Part shown: in pieces, positions 1-8,534 of the stretch
Numbering within the stretch: the stretch's first letter is position 1
How the letters are laid out: every line of letters begins with the position of its first letter
Origin: Minisyncoccia bacterium
GTDB taxonomy: Bacteria; Patescibacteriota; Minisyncoccia; Phycocordibacterales; Phycocordibacteraceae
Assembly (NCBI GenBank): GCA_038212075.1
Contig: JBBQUV010000004.1
Coordinates: 12,317 to 76,316, forward strand
DNA length: 64,000 nt
Direction of reading: 5' to 3'
Translations under genes and position numbers: made by a program
Notes under the pieces: generated by a model
What the model was told of the DNA's origin: nothing
The model's input: only the letters and a program-made list of their open reading frames with translations
Database searches by the model: none

Positions 1-2
1 AA

Positions 3-2081
3 AAACTCGGCGCTGAATTTGTCGCAGTGCGTTCAAGCGCAACTGCCGAGGACGGTGCGGCGGCGGCATGGGCAGGGCAACTTGATACGTACCTCAACAC
101 TACAGATGCGACCCTGCTTGAAAACGTACAACGTTGTTGGGCATCGCTATTCACACCGCGCGCGATCTTCTATCGTTTTGAAAAAGGACTTCACTCCACA
201 CACATTTCGGTCGCCGTTGTGATTCAAAAAATGGTTAACAGCGATGCCGCTGGTATCGCGTTTTCTGTGCACCCGGTTACCGAAGACTATAACCAGCTGA
301 TTATTGAAGCTGGGTTTGGGCTGGGTGAAGCCGTGGTGTCGGGGCAAGTAACGCCGGATTCCTATGTCATCACGAAAGTGCCACGAGAAATAATGGATAA
401 GAATATTTCCGAACAAACGCGCGCGATATATCGAAAAGAGGGAGGGGGAAATGAATGGCGCAACATCCCGACTGAAAAAGCATCGCTACAGGTACTTACC
501 GACGAGCAAATACTCGCACTTACCGAAACAGTCATTGGTATTGAAAAGCATTACGGCTTTCCTGTCGACACTGAGTGGGCAATGGAAAAAGGTGAAATGT
601 ACATCACTCAAAGCCGTCCTATTACGACACTCACCAATAATAACCAAGCAAGCGAATTACATTTTAATTCTCCAGCATTGCAGGGGTTTAATCCTACGGA
701 TTACGAGTACGACGGGCTTTGGAAGAATGATCTTTTCCCAACGTGTTTCTGGCAGGATTGTTGGGTGCCAGATGTCGTTACAGATATAAAGCTCGATATG
801 CAGGGGGCAGGAGTGATGAATTTGAAGGGAGGTCATTTCCTAATCAATAAAGCGGCTCGAGCAAACGTGGACGCACAAATCAAACAGATTATCGACGAAC
901 GGAACGGTGCGTTTTTCAAAAACCTTGTCAGTGTGTCGGACAATATATTCTCTTGGGCAGTTGAGAAAGGAGAAGAAATAAAAACAAAGCCACCCACGCT
1001 CGATGCTTTCCGAGATTTTGTAGCTACCGCAAAGAAAGTAAATTTTCTTTGGCTTATTGGTGCGTCCTATATCCAGTGGCCTGTAGAGGAACGACTGCAA
1101 GAAGCGATTATCGAAGATAAGATTCCAGCCGAACATGCTCTGGATGTTGTGCCCAAGGTTGATACGCCACTTATTCGGTATCAAGAGGGCTTGACCTCGC
1201 TTGCGAAGGAGGTAGAAGGAAAGTCATTTGCAGAGATCAAGAATGATCCAACCCTATACGAAAAACTTGAGACACATGCAAAAGCCTATTCGTGGATAGA
1301 GATTTTCAATTTTATTGGAGAACCGCTAACTCCCGAACGACTGTACGAACAGCTTGCGCATATCGATACAACAAAATCTTTGCACGCGTATGTTCCGTCC
1401 TCACCGCTTTCTTCGAAACTCCAGTTTGTCGCAGAGTGCATGCAAGCAGTGGGGTATGTAAAGCAAGCCGGAGCAGAATACTTCTCTATCTTTTCTGAAA
1501 AAACTATACCGTTTCTGCAAAAAGTCGCTGGTGAAATTGGGCTAACCTATCGAGAGCTTATGTGTCTTTTGGTTGATGAAGTTGACCAGGCGCTCGAAGG
1601 AAAAATCACTACTGAGGAATTGAAAAAAAGAGCCAACAAGCGCCTTGAGACAGTAGATTGGGTGGTCATCGGCGGCGCAGACGGCAAAATGATATTTGCT
1701 GATGATCCGGCCGACATTAATCTTCTTGTGGAAAAGATGGTTCCTCGCATCGGAGCAGGCACGCAGGAACTTGTGGGACAGATTGGCAACCGAGGTTCGT
1801 TCACTGGCCCAGCTCGGATCATTATGAATACGTATGACTTCAATAAATTACAGCCCGGTGACGTGCTGGTGACGACCATGACGACACCGGACTTTATCGT
1901 ACTTATGCAAAAGTCGGGAGCAATAGTTACCGACATAGGTGGGCTTTTATGTCATGCGGCAATTGTTTCGCGTGAGCTTGGAAAGCCATGTGTCATAGGT
2001 ACGAAATTTGCAACGCAATTGTTTAAGGACGGAGACATGGTGGAGGTGGACGGAGACAAAGGAGTAGTGCGGAAGATATAG
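3..2081 (+). CDS. PEP-synthase/rifampin-phosphotransferase-like dikinase (ATP-grasp + central helical domain + C-terminal phospho-His swivel); 5' end outside window
   Basis: Frame open from base 3 (KLGAEFVAVRSSATAED). PPDK_N motifs VRSSATAED, WAGQLDTYLN, GLGEAVVSG, DTEWA, QSRPIT. C-terminal GGLLCHAAIVSRELGKPCVIG. No pyruvate-binding TIM barrel after the swivel. Confidence 0.85.
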   Translation, partial: KLGAEFVAVRSSATAEDGAAAAWAGQLDTYLNTTDATLLENVQRCWASLFTPRAIFYRFEKGLHSTHISVAVVIQKMVNSDAAGIAFSVHPVTEDYNQLIIEAGFGLGEAVVSGQVTPDSYVITKVPREIMDKNISEQTRAIYRKEGGGNEWRNIPTEKASLQVLTDEQILALTETVIGIEKHYGFPVDTEWAMEKGEMYITQSRPITTLTNNNQASELHFNSPALQGFNPTDYEYDGLWKNDLFPTCFWQDCWVPDVVTDIKLDMQGAGVMNLKGGHFLINKAARANVDAQIKQIIDERNGAFFKNLVSVSDNIFSWAVEKGEEIKTKPPTLDAFRDFVATAKKVNFLWLIGASYIQWPVEERLQEAIIEDKIPAEHALDVVPKVDTPLIRYQEGLTSLAKEVEGKSFAEIKNDPTLYEKLETHAKAYSWIEIFNFIGEPLTPERLYEQLAHIDTTKSLHAYVPSSPLSSKLQFVAECMQAVGYVKQAGAEYFSIFSEKTIPFLQKVAGEIGLTYRELMCLLVDEVDQALEGKITTEELKKRANKRLETVDWVVIGGADGKMIFADDPADINLLVEKMVPRIGAGTQELVGQIGNRGSFTGPARIIMNTYDFNKLQPGDVLVTTMTTPDFIVLMQKSGAIVTDIGGLLCHAAIVSRELGKPCVIGTKFATQLFKDGDMVEVDGDKGVVRKI

Positions 2082-2084
2082 GGT

Positions 2085-3107
2085 ATGAGTGAGAAAAGAA
2101 TTATCTTTACCAAACCCTACGAGAGAGATTTTACGCTCGCGATAGAGGAGTATTGGGCGCGCGGATTTCTTGACGTCCTTCTGCCGCGCCTTGGCCTCAC
2201 GTCACCGTTTGAAATATTTGAAATCTTCTACGTCACCGAGGAGAACATGCAGATATGGGAAAATGAAGCAGCTATTCAATGGATACAGGACGAATTGCTT
2301 GCGCGAGTGAACGCCAACCATGCATTTCTTGATCCATATATAGCAGAATACATGGCGCTCCTTGCGCCACTTGAAACATTTTGGCACCAAGGAGCCACGA
2401 ATAACCTCTCCAAAATCAAAGAGTACAGCGAACTAATTCGAGTCGCCGCACCGCTTTTTTCGATGTGGTACTACCCGTGCATCGACGATCGGATTCCGGA
2501 GGATGTACTTATCCGACTGAAGGAGATTCGAAGGACCGATGAATTCTTCGCGAGCAACGATACTTTCATCAAGGACTGCATAGAGAAGCTCGGGGCGGAG
2601 CCGCGGCTCGGGAATCTCGTATATGCCGATGAATTTCCCAACATACCGAGTATGCAGGTACTGAAGATGCGTGCGGCAGGTGTCGTCGGCATCGACGGAA
2701 GACAGCAATTGGTAATGACACTTGAAGCGTATGCAAAGCAGCATCCGGAATATGAATTCGTCGGGTTGTTCGACAAGGTACCAGAGGTAAACGAAGTGAA
2801 AGGGCAGGTCGCGCAGAAGGGCATGGCGACTGGCACGGTGCGTATTGTGAAGAACAAGCGACAAATGCTCGACGTAAAAGATGGAGACATTTTGGTATCG
2901 CCGATGACCACACCTGACTTTCTCTCTGCGATGAAAAAAGCAGCAGCATTTGTTACTGATGAAGGTGGCATCATGTGTCATGCCGCTATCGTCGCTCGAG
3001 AAATGAAAAAGCCCTGCGTTATTGGAACTAAATTCGCAACACAAATCTTCAAGGACGGTGACCTGATAGAAGTAGATGCCGAACAGGGTATTATTAGGAA
3101 ACTATGA
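2085..3107 (+). CDS. PEP-utiliser swivel-domain protein with short unknown N-terminal domain, no ATP-grasp
   Basis: C-terminal GDILVSPMTTPDF...TDEGGIMCHAAIVAREMKKPCVIGT. Confidence 0.8.
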   Translation: MSEKRIIFTKPYERDFTLAIEEYWARGFLDVLLPRLGLTSPFEIFEIFYVTEENMQIWENEAAIQWIQDELLARVNANHAFLDPYIAEYMALLAPLETFWHQGATNNLSKIKEYSELIRVAAPLFSMWYYPCIDDRIPEDVLIRLKEIRRTDEFFASNDTFIKDCIEKLGAEPRLGNLVYADEFPNIPSMQVLKMRAAGVVGIDGRQQLVMTLEAYAKQHPEYEFVGLFDKVPEVNEVKGQVAQKGMATGTVRIVKNKRQMLDVKDGDILVSPMTTPDFLSAMKKAAAFVTDEGGIMCHAAIVAREMKKPCVIGTKFATQIFKDGDLIEVDAEQGIIRKL

Positions 3108-3424
3108 TTATAAAAGGTATGGCAGCAAGCCAGGGCATCGCAGAAGGCTCAGTCAAGATCGTGATTGGCTCAAACGATATCAGTAAGTTCAAAGAAGGCG
3201 ATATTCTTGTCGCGGAGGTGACAGAGCCTTCAATGGTGCTCATGATGACTATGGCTGCTGCCATCGTTACCGATAAGGGCGGCATGACGACTCATGCAGC
3301 CATCGTTTCGCGCGAACTCGGCGTGCCGTGCGTCGTCGGAACCAGGGAGGCAACGACCACACTCAAGGACGGCATGCGGGTGCGTGTCGACGGTTCCGCC
3401 GGGACGGTCGAGATGCTCGATTGA
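3104..3424 (+). CDS. Stand-alone PEP-utiliser phospho-His swivel domain protein (106 aa)
   Basis: Whole ORF is the mobile domain (GDILVAEVTEP...TDKGGMTTHAAIVSRELGVPCVVGT). ATGA overlap with upstream gene. Confidence 0.85.
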   Translation: MIIKGMAASQGIAEGSVKIVIGSNDISKFKEGDILVAEVTEPSMVLMMTMAAAIVTDKGGMTTHAAIVSRELGVPCVVGTREATTTLKDGMRVRVDGSAGTVEMLD

Positions 3425-3425
3425 T

Positions 3426-4502
3426 ATGACTCCTTCCTGGATAGACGAGTATGCTCGCTCCGTCCACCAAGCGTATGTAGGAATGGTGCCATCGCGATGG
3501 TCTTCGCTTGACGGATTGAAAGCGTATCAGTCGCAGCAAGGAGCTTCCTTCATTTTTCTCGAGCGTCTGCGCATAAAGCATACGGAACTCGGTACGAAGC
3601 CGGAAGTACTTTTCAAACTTTTCAGTACTGCATCCACGCTCCGTGCCACTTTTTTGTTCCTCGCTTGGGAATACGCGAAGATATCAGATAAAAATGAGTA
3701 TCGTGTGCTCGCCCGAAACATATTCGATTGGCTCGATGGCATCCTTTCCGCGGGAATGCTCGAAGACAAATGGGTTCTTGCCAAGAATCTTATTCATACA
3801 TCCGAGGAAGTCGCAGGTACCCTTACCGATACTCCGTGGATAGAAGAAAACCTGCAGGCCGTGAAGGACGCGGGGAAGATGTATGTAAGCGCCGCGTCAA
3901 TAGGATTCGCCCTTTACCGCGACTTCTTTCCACAAGAAGCGCATGAAGCATACGGCCCTTATGACGCGAGCGAGCGTTTTGGTCCGGATACAACTCTTGT
4001 CGTAAAGCATTTCCCGAAATTGAAACCAGTCGAGCTCTGGCCCGAGGTGAAAAATTTTCCATACGAAGAAGTAACTATCTACCAGATATTGAAAGGAGTG
4101 CACTTCCGATGCGAACTTATCGGAATGCATTCTTTGTATGACGGTCCGTCTGTGCCGAACACAGCGGCCATAGCGGTAAAAGTAGACGGGCGCTTTCTGC
4201 CAGAAGATGAGATCGCGAAGGTTGCTATGGATATTGCGAAGCACGCAACCGAGTACTCGCATCTCTATGAGAAACTTACACTTCATGAAGCGAAGCTCAA
4301 ATTTGTCGAGTGGGAAACGTATCAGTTCAACCGGCTCTTCGAAGCCGCCGGCATGGACTGGCGTCCGACAGATGGGCTCCTCGCGCCTGTGATGGCCAAC
4401 GATATTCCTATGGGCATCTCCATCGATTCCTGGCCAGTATATGAGGAGTTCGTATCGAGTAAGGAGTACGAAGTGTTCTGGCTCCAAGACCTCTATAAAT
4501 AA
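3426..4502 (+). CDS. Hypothetical protein (358 aa) in the swivel-domain array
   Basis: ATG 1 nt after the stop of the stand-alone swivel gene; long globular-looking ORF; no motif recognised. Confidence 0.7.
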   Translation: MTPSWIDEYARSVHQAYVGMVPSRWSSLDGLKAYQSQQGASFIFLERLRIKHTELGTKPEVLFKLFSTASTLRATFLFLAWEYAKISDKNEYRVLARNIFDWLDGILSAGMLEDKWVLAKNLIHTSEEVAGTLTDTPWIEENLQAVKDAGKMYVSAASIGFALYRDFFPQEAHEAYGPYDASERFGPDTTLVVKHFPKLKPVELWPEVKNFPYEEVTIYQILKGVHFRCELIGMHSLYDGPSVPNTAAIAVKVDGRFLPEDEIAKVAMDIAKHATEYSHLYEKLTLHEAKLKFVEWETYQFNRLFEAAGMDWRPTDGLLAPVMANDIPMGISIDSWPVYEEFVSSKEYEVFWLQDLYK

Positions 4503-4515
4503 TAAGACGACATAC

Positions 4516-6171
4516 ATGAAGCCTTATGTAGCACTCGGAGTTCGCAATAGGACGCTGATGGAGGGGTATGGTCTTCTTGATTCCTATAAGCGACAGATAC
4601 CGGGTACGAAATGTCAGATAGAGAAGGCGCTCGACGTCGGAGAAGGGTACGCGGTGCGCCTCTGTCACAATGTTGAGGACAGGGCTCGTATTAGAAAGAT
4701 AATGGAAGAAGAGGTCCGTGCTGGCATATATACGCAAGAATTCTTCGACGCTATAGATACGACTTATAAAGATATAGTCAAAGATTTGAAATTCTTCGAG
4801 GAAGTCGATTTTAGTTCCATTAGTTCCGACGAAGTCCTCGCGTATTTCGACCATTTCTATCAGCTAGTTGTTACGACGGTTCATCCGATGGTTCTCGGAA
4901 TTTACGCTTCCGACTTGCAGGATGTGTTCGAAGCGGAACTCAAAACAGCTCTTGGGAATGATGCAAACGATGAAGTAGTGCTCAGTCATACTGCACTTCT
5001 TCTTACCCCTACTCGTCTTATAACCGTCCAGAAGGAAGAACAGCGGCTCTTTGAGATACAGGATCGTTTTGAGCACGAATATCCCTCAGGAACGGACGAG
5101 CAGTACGAAATCTGGAGTAAGCAACCCGATGCAGCTGTATTATTCGATACTCTTGTCACAAATCTCGGTTGGTTCCATATGGAATACCTTGGCGAGCCGC
5201 GTACCGCCGAGGAATATCAAAAGCAGATCGGAGAGCGCATCGCTGATCTCCGGAAGGCGGGGATCGAATGGACAACCCAGCAATCTCCGAAAGCACGTCT
5301 TGAAGAGCTGACGGGCGAACAGAAAGCATTTTTCGCTCGCCACTCTGATACCGCTCTACTGCAAGCGCTTGTCTTTACGATGCAGGAATATCTCATCGTC
5401 CTTGATTTCTCTAAAGCCGATCTCATTGAGGGATTGTATTATTCGAGACCCCTTCTTGCTGAGCTCGGCAAGCGCGTCGGACTCGATTCGTGGATAGACG
5501 TTCGTTACCTTACGCTGGAAGAATTGCGCGCATTCATACACGAGAAAAGGATAGTGAATAAAGACTACATCCGGGAGCGCAAGGAATACTGGACTGCGCT
5601 ACTTGAGGACGGTGTCATCAGTCTCACGTACGGTAGAGAAGCGCGTGAACTTACTGATCGGATTCTCGAGAAAGATGAGGTTACTGATACAAAAGAGTTC
5701 AAAGGGCTTTCCGCATATCCCGGAGTTGTCCGGGGAATTGCGTGTGTAGTAACTTCAGCTAAGGATCGCGACAAATTTAAACAGGGACAGATACTCGTGA
5801 CCGTAGATACGACAACGGAGCTTACATCTATTATCAAAAAATCCGCCGCCATCGTCGCGGACCAGGGAGGTTTGCTTTCCCATACCGCCATCGTTTCCCG
5901 CGAGTTCAAGATTCCGTGCATCGTCAGAACGAAGATAGGTACGAAGCTTGTGAAGGATGGGGATGAGATCGAAGTAGATGCTGGTAAGGGCATTGTCCGG
6001 ATCCTTAACCAGAGAGAAAAGATTCTGCTATGCTTGCTGTATAACCAAAACTATTTATGGAACAAGGCTTCAGGCATACATACGCGGAAGGGAACGAGAA
6101 GGCTCCGAAGGCATTTCATCTTCGAATGCATATCTTCCGACATGGGAAGAAGGACGGCCCTCATGACGTGA
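4516..6171 (+). CDS. Central helical domain + phospho-His swivel protein, no ATP-grasp; C-terminus appears abnormally extended
   Basis: GWFHMEYLGEP central motif; DQGGLLSHTAIVSREFKIPCIV. Start taken at MKPYVALG. Confidence 0.8.
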   Translation: MKPYVALGVRNRTLMEGYGLLDSYKRQIPGTKCQIEKALDVGEGYAVRLCHNVEDRARIRKIMEEEVRAGIYTQEFFDAIDTTYKDIVKDLKFFEEVDFSSISSDEVLAYFDHFYQLVVTTVHPMVLGIYASDLQDVFEAELKTALGNDANDEVVLSHTALLLTPTRLITVQKEEQRLFEIQDRFEHEYPSGTDEQYEIWSKQPDAAVLFDTLVTNLGWFHMEYLGEPRTAEEYQKQIGERIADLRKAGIEWTTQQSPKARLEELTGEQKAFFARHSDTALLQALVFTMQEYLIVLDFSKADLIEGLYYSRPLLAELGKRVGLDSWIDVRYLTLEELRAFIHEKRIVNKDYIRERKEYWTALLEDGVISLTYGREARELTDRILEKDEVTDTKEFKGLSAYPGVVRGIACVVTSAKDRDKFKQGQILVTVDTTTELTSIIKKSAAIVADQGGLLSHTAIVSREFKIPCIVRTKIGTKLVKDGDEIEVDAGKGIVRILNQREKILLCLLYNQNYLWNKASGIHTRKGTRRLRRHFIFECISSDMGRRTALMT

Positions 6172-6950
6172 CCCCCGAAGTGGATATGGTAATGGCCCTG
6201 AAATCGGAAGGCAGGATGCAAGCCCATGAGAAAGGTGTCAGTTTAGGAACAACGGGCGGCGTTGCAAGTGGTAGCAGCCGAGCGCGTACCCGTGAGACCG
6301 CGATGCACGTCGCGCACGCGAATAATCCGGAAATAAAAGGTACCGAAACCTATGAAGAACTGGTTGAGAAACTGGGTAGGCCGTGGACGAATAAGGCATT
6401 CGACATGCCGTTTAGCAAGGATGACGAAGATTTTCCCATCATCCTAGAGAAATCGAATGACGGTACGCTCCTCAAATGGTGTGCTGAGCAGGCTGATAAG
6501 GCGCTTGTGGAAGGAGACGCGAGCAATACCATTTACGGTACCCAGGCGCGCGAGATAGCAAAAGTCTTAGTACGTTTCGCGGCCATAGCGTCAAAAATGG
6601 CGGACCGTGCCGAACTTATGTTTGAGCGTGGCGAAGAACCAGAAACTGAGCGTGAACAAGTGATGGGAACACATGCGGGCGTGAATGAGTCATTCGTCGC
6701 CGAAGTCGTGAAGCGTACGCTTGGCGAGGATGAACGACAGAAACTGCTGGACGCCGTCCCATCCGGTGTTATGGAAACGCAAGGGTCGGACATCAATATC
6801 GTGGCTCGCCCTGGCGGAGAAGAACCACGCATCCACCTAAGATTCGAAGGAGGAAAAGAACAGAAATATATCTTTGATCAGGATGTCCCTCTCTCAGTCA
6901 TTCGTAGCATTATCAAAGATTTTTCTCCGAGAGAAACCCCAGAAGCATGA
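6057..6950 (+). CDS. Histidine phosphatase superfamily protein (phosphoglycerate mutase/SixA-like fold)
   Basis: HIFRHG motif, SSRARTRETA motif and distal MGTHAG His. Confidence 0.75.
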   Translation: MEQGFRHTYAEGNEKAPKAFHLRMHIFRHGKKDGPHDVTPEVDMVMALKSEGRMQAHEKGVSLGTTGGVASGSSRARTRETAMHVAHANNPEIKGTETYEELVEKLGRPWTNKAFDMPFSKDDEDFPIILEKSNDGTLLKWCAEQADKALVEGDASNTIYGTQAREIAKVLVRFAAIASKMADRAELMFERGEEPETEREQVMGTHAGVNESFVAEVVKRTLGEDERQKLLDAVPSGVMETQGSDINIVARPGGEEPRIHLRFEGGKEQKYIFDQDVPLSVIRSIIKDFSPRETPEA

Positions 6951-8527
6951 ATAAGAACCTTGAATGGTTCTGGGCGCACCGGAGGAATTCAAGCCTTCAT
7001 CATATGAGTTTTCTTATGCGTGGACTCGCAGGGAAGGGGTGGGCGCCCGCGGTTGATTTCTGGTTTGATAATCAGGCGTTTGTGGGCGTTCCTGGTAAAG
7101 GAATTTATATCTTTTACGATAAGCATCAGCTTTCGTCAGAGGGGAAATACAAGGATGTACAGGAAAGTATCGATAAAAATCCGGATTTTGTAGGAGATTT
7201 CAAGAAACGTACCGATGAATTATTCGGCGCAATATTTGCGAGCTGTAAGCAGATTGATGCCGCGGACCTGGTCGCCTTTACGGATACAGAACTCGAAGCA
7301 CTCTACGTCGAGATACTCTCGAGTTTGATGATTGCACCGATTATCTCGGTCCAGCTTTGGGGTATTGAAGCATGTTTCGATGAGAGCTATCGTATTATTC
7401 GTTTCTTGCGTTCACGGCTTGAGGAACTCCATAAGAGTCGAGATTTTGATACCTACCGCGGGTTACTATCTGTGAACACAGGCGAGACCGTTGCTTTCAC
7501 CGAGCAGAAAGATTTCTATGGCGTTGCGGCTCAGATAGCGCGCGTGCCTGAACTCGCCATTTTATTCGCTGGTGAAAATACTGCGAGTGCAAGTACTGCA
7601 TTAAAACGTTTTCCGAAAGAGGATGCGCTTTTTACCGGACATGTCTCAAAATATGAGTGGATGCATTCGGAATATGTTGGGCATGCATGGTCGCGTGAAA
7701 AATGGATAGCACTCTTTCAAAAAGCATTCCGGGAGACCTTAAGGCCAGAGGAGAAGCTTAAGGAACTGCTTGAGAATTTTGCCGAACAGAACGCGGAGCG
7801 AAATAATGCGATCGCAGAATTGTCACCACCACCGGACGTACTTCATGCCATAGATGCGCTCGGTGAATTTATTGCACAACGTGATTGGACCAAGGGATAT
7901 TTTACGAAGATACTGCTCAGTTATCACAAACTGCTGGACGAGATAGGTCGGCGTCACGGTCTCGCGCGCACAGAGCTTTTCGACTACTCATATATCGAGG
8001 TTCAGGAACTTCTTGCTTCTGGCAACAGACTTTCAAACGAAGAACTCAAAAGTCGTAAGCAAGATGGTTTCGCTGTAGTAATTACGGGAGGTGACTTCAA
8101 TCTTACGACTGGTAAGGATGCAATTGCTAGTGTCATCAACACGGAAGGATTGGCTGAGCCGTTTGAGAAATATATGAACGTCTCAGAATTCAAGGGACTT
8201 GCCGCTTCGCGCGGGCACATCACCGGGAAGGCGAGAGTACTTGAAGATGCTTCACGGATTTCGGAACTTCAACCCGGAGAGATACTGGTAACATACATGA
8301 CGACGATTGAATTTATCCCGGCTTTCCGAAAGGCCGCCGCCGTAGTGACAGACGAGGGCGGCATGTCGTGTCATGCCGCGATCATTAGTCGTGAATTCAA
8401 GCTACCTTGCGTGGTGGGAACAAAAGTTGCCACAAGAGTGGTGCAAACGGGCGATACGCTTGAGGTAGATGCGATCCACGGAATTATAAAGATACTTGAT
8501 TCGGCAACACCGTCTGACGCTGTATAA
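6947..8527 (+). CDS. Central helical domain + phospho-His swivel protein, no ATP-grasp
   Basis: HVSKYEWMHSEYVG central motif; TDEGGMSCHAAIISREFKLPCVVGT; ATGA overlap with the phosphatase gene. Confidence 0.8.
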   Translation: MNKNLEWFWAHRRNSSLHHMSFLMRGLAGKGWAPAVDFWFDNQAFVGVPGKGIYIFYDKHQLSSEGKYKDVQESIDKNPDFVGDFKKRTDELFGAIFASCKQIDAADLVAFTDTELEALYVEILSSLMIAPIISVQLWGIEACFDESYRIIRFLRSRLEELHKSRDFDTYRGLLSVNTGETVAFTEQKDFYGVAAQIARVPELAILFAGENTASASTALKRFPKEDALFTGHVSKYEWMHSEYVGHAWSREKWIALFQKAFRETLRPEEKLKELLENFAEQNAERNNAIAELSPPPDVLHAIDALGEFIAQRDWTKGYFTKILLSYHKLLDEIGRRHGLARTELFDYSYIEVQELLASGNRLSNEELKSRKQDGFAVVITGGDFNLTTGKDAIASVINTEGLAEPFEKYMNVSEFKGLAASRGHITGKARVLEDASRISELQPGEILVTYMTTIEFIPAFRKAAAVVTDEGGMSCHAAIISREFKLPCVVGTKVATRVVQTGDTLEVDAIHGIIKILDSATPSDAV

Positions 8528-8534
8528 TTTTTGC

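Noticed and set aside
3-2081. Calling ORF1 a rifampin resistance gene (rph)
   Set aside because: Architecture matches but the central domain is shorter and lacks recognisable RPH-specific sequence; substrate cannot be assigned by eye
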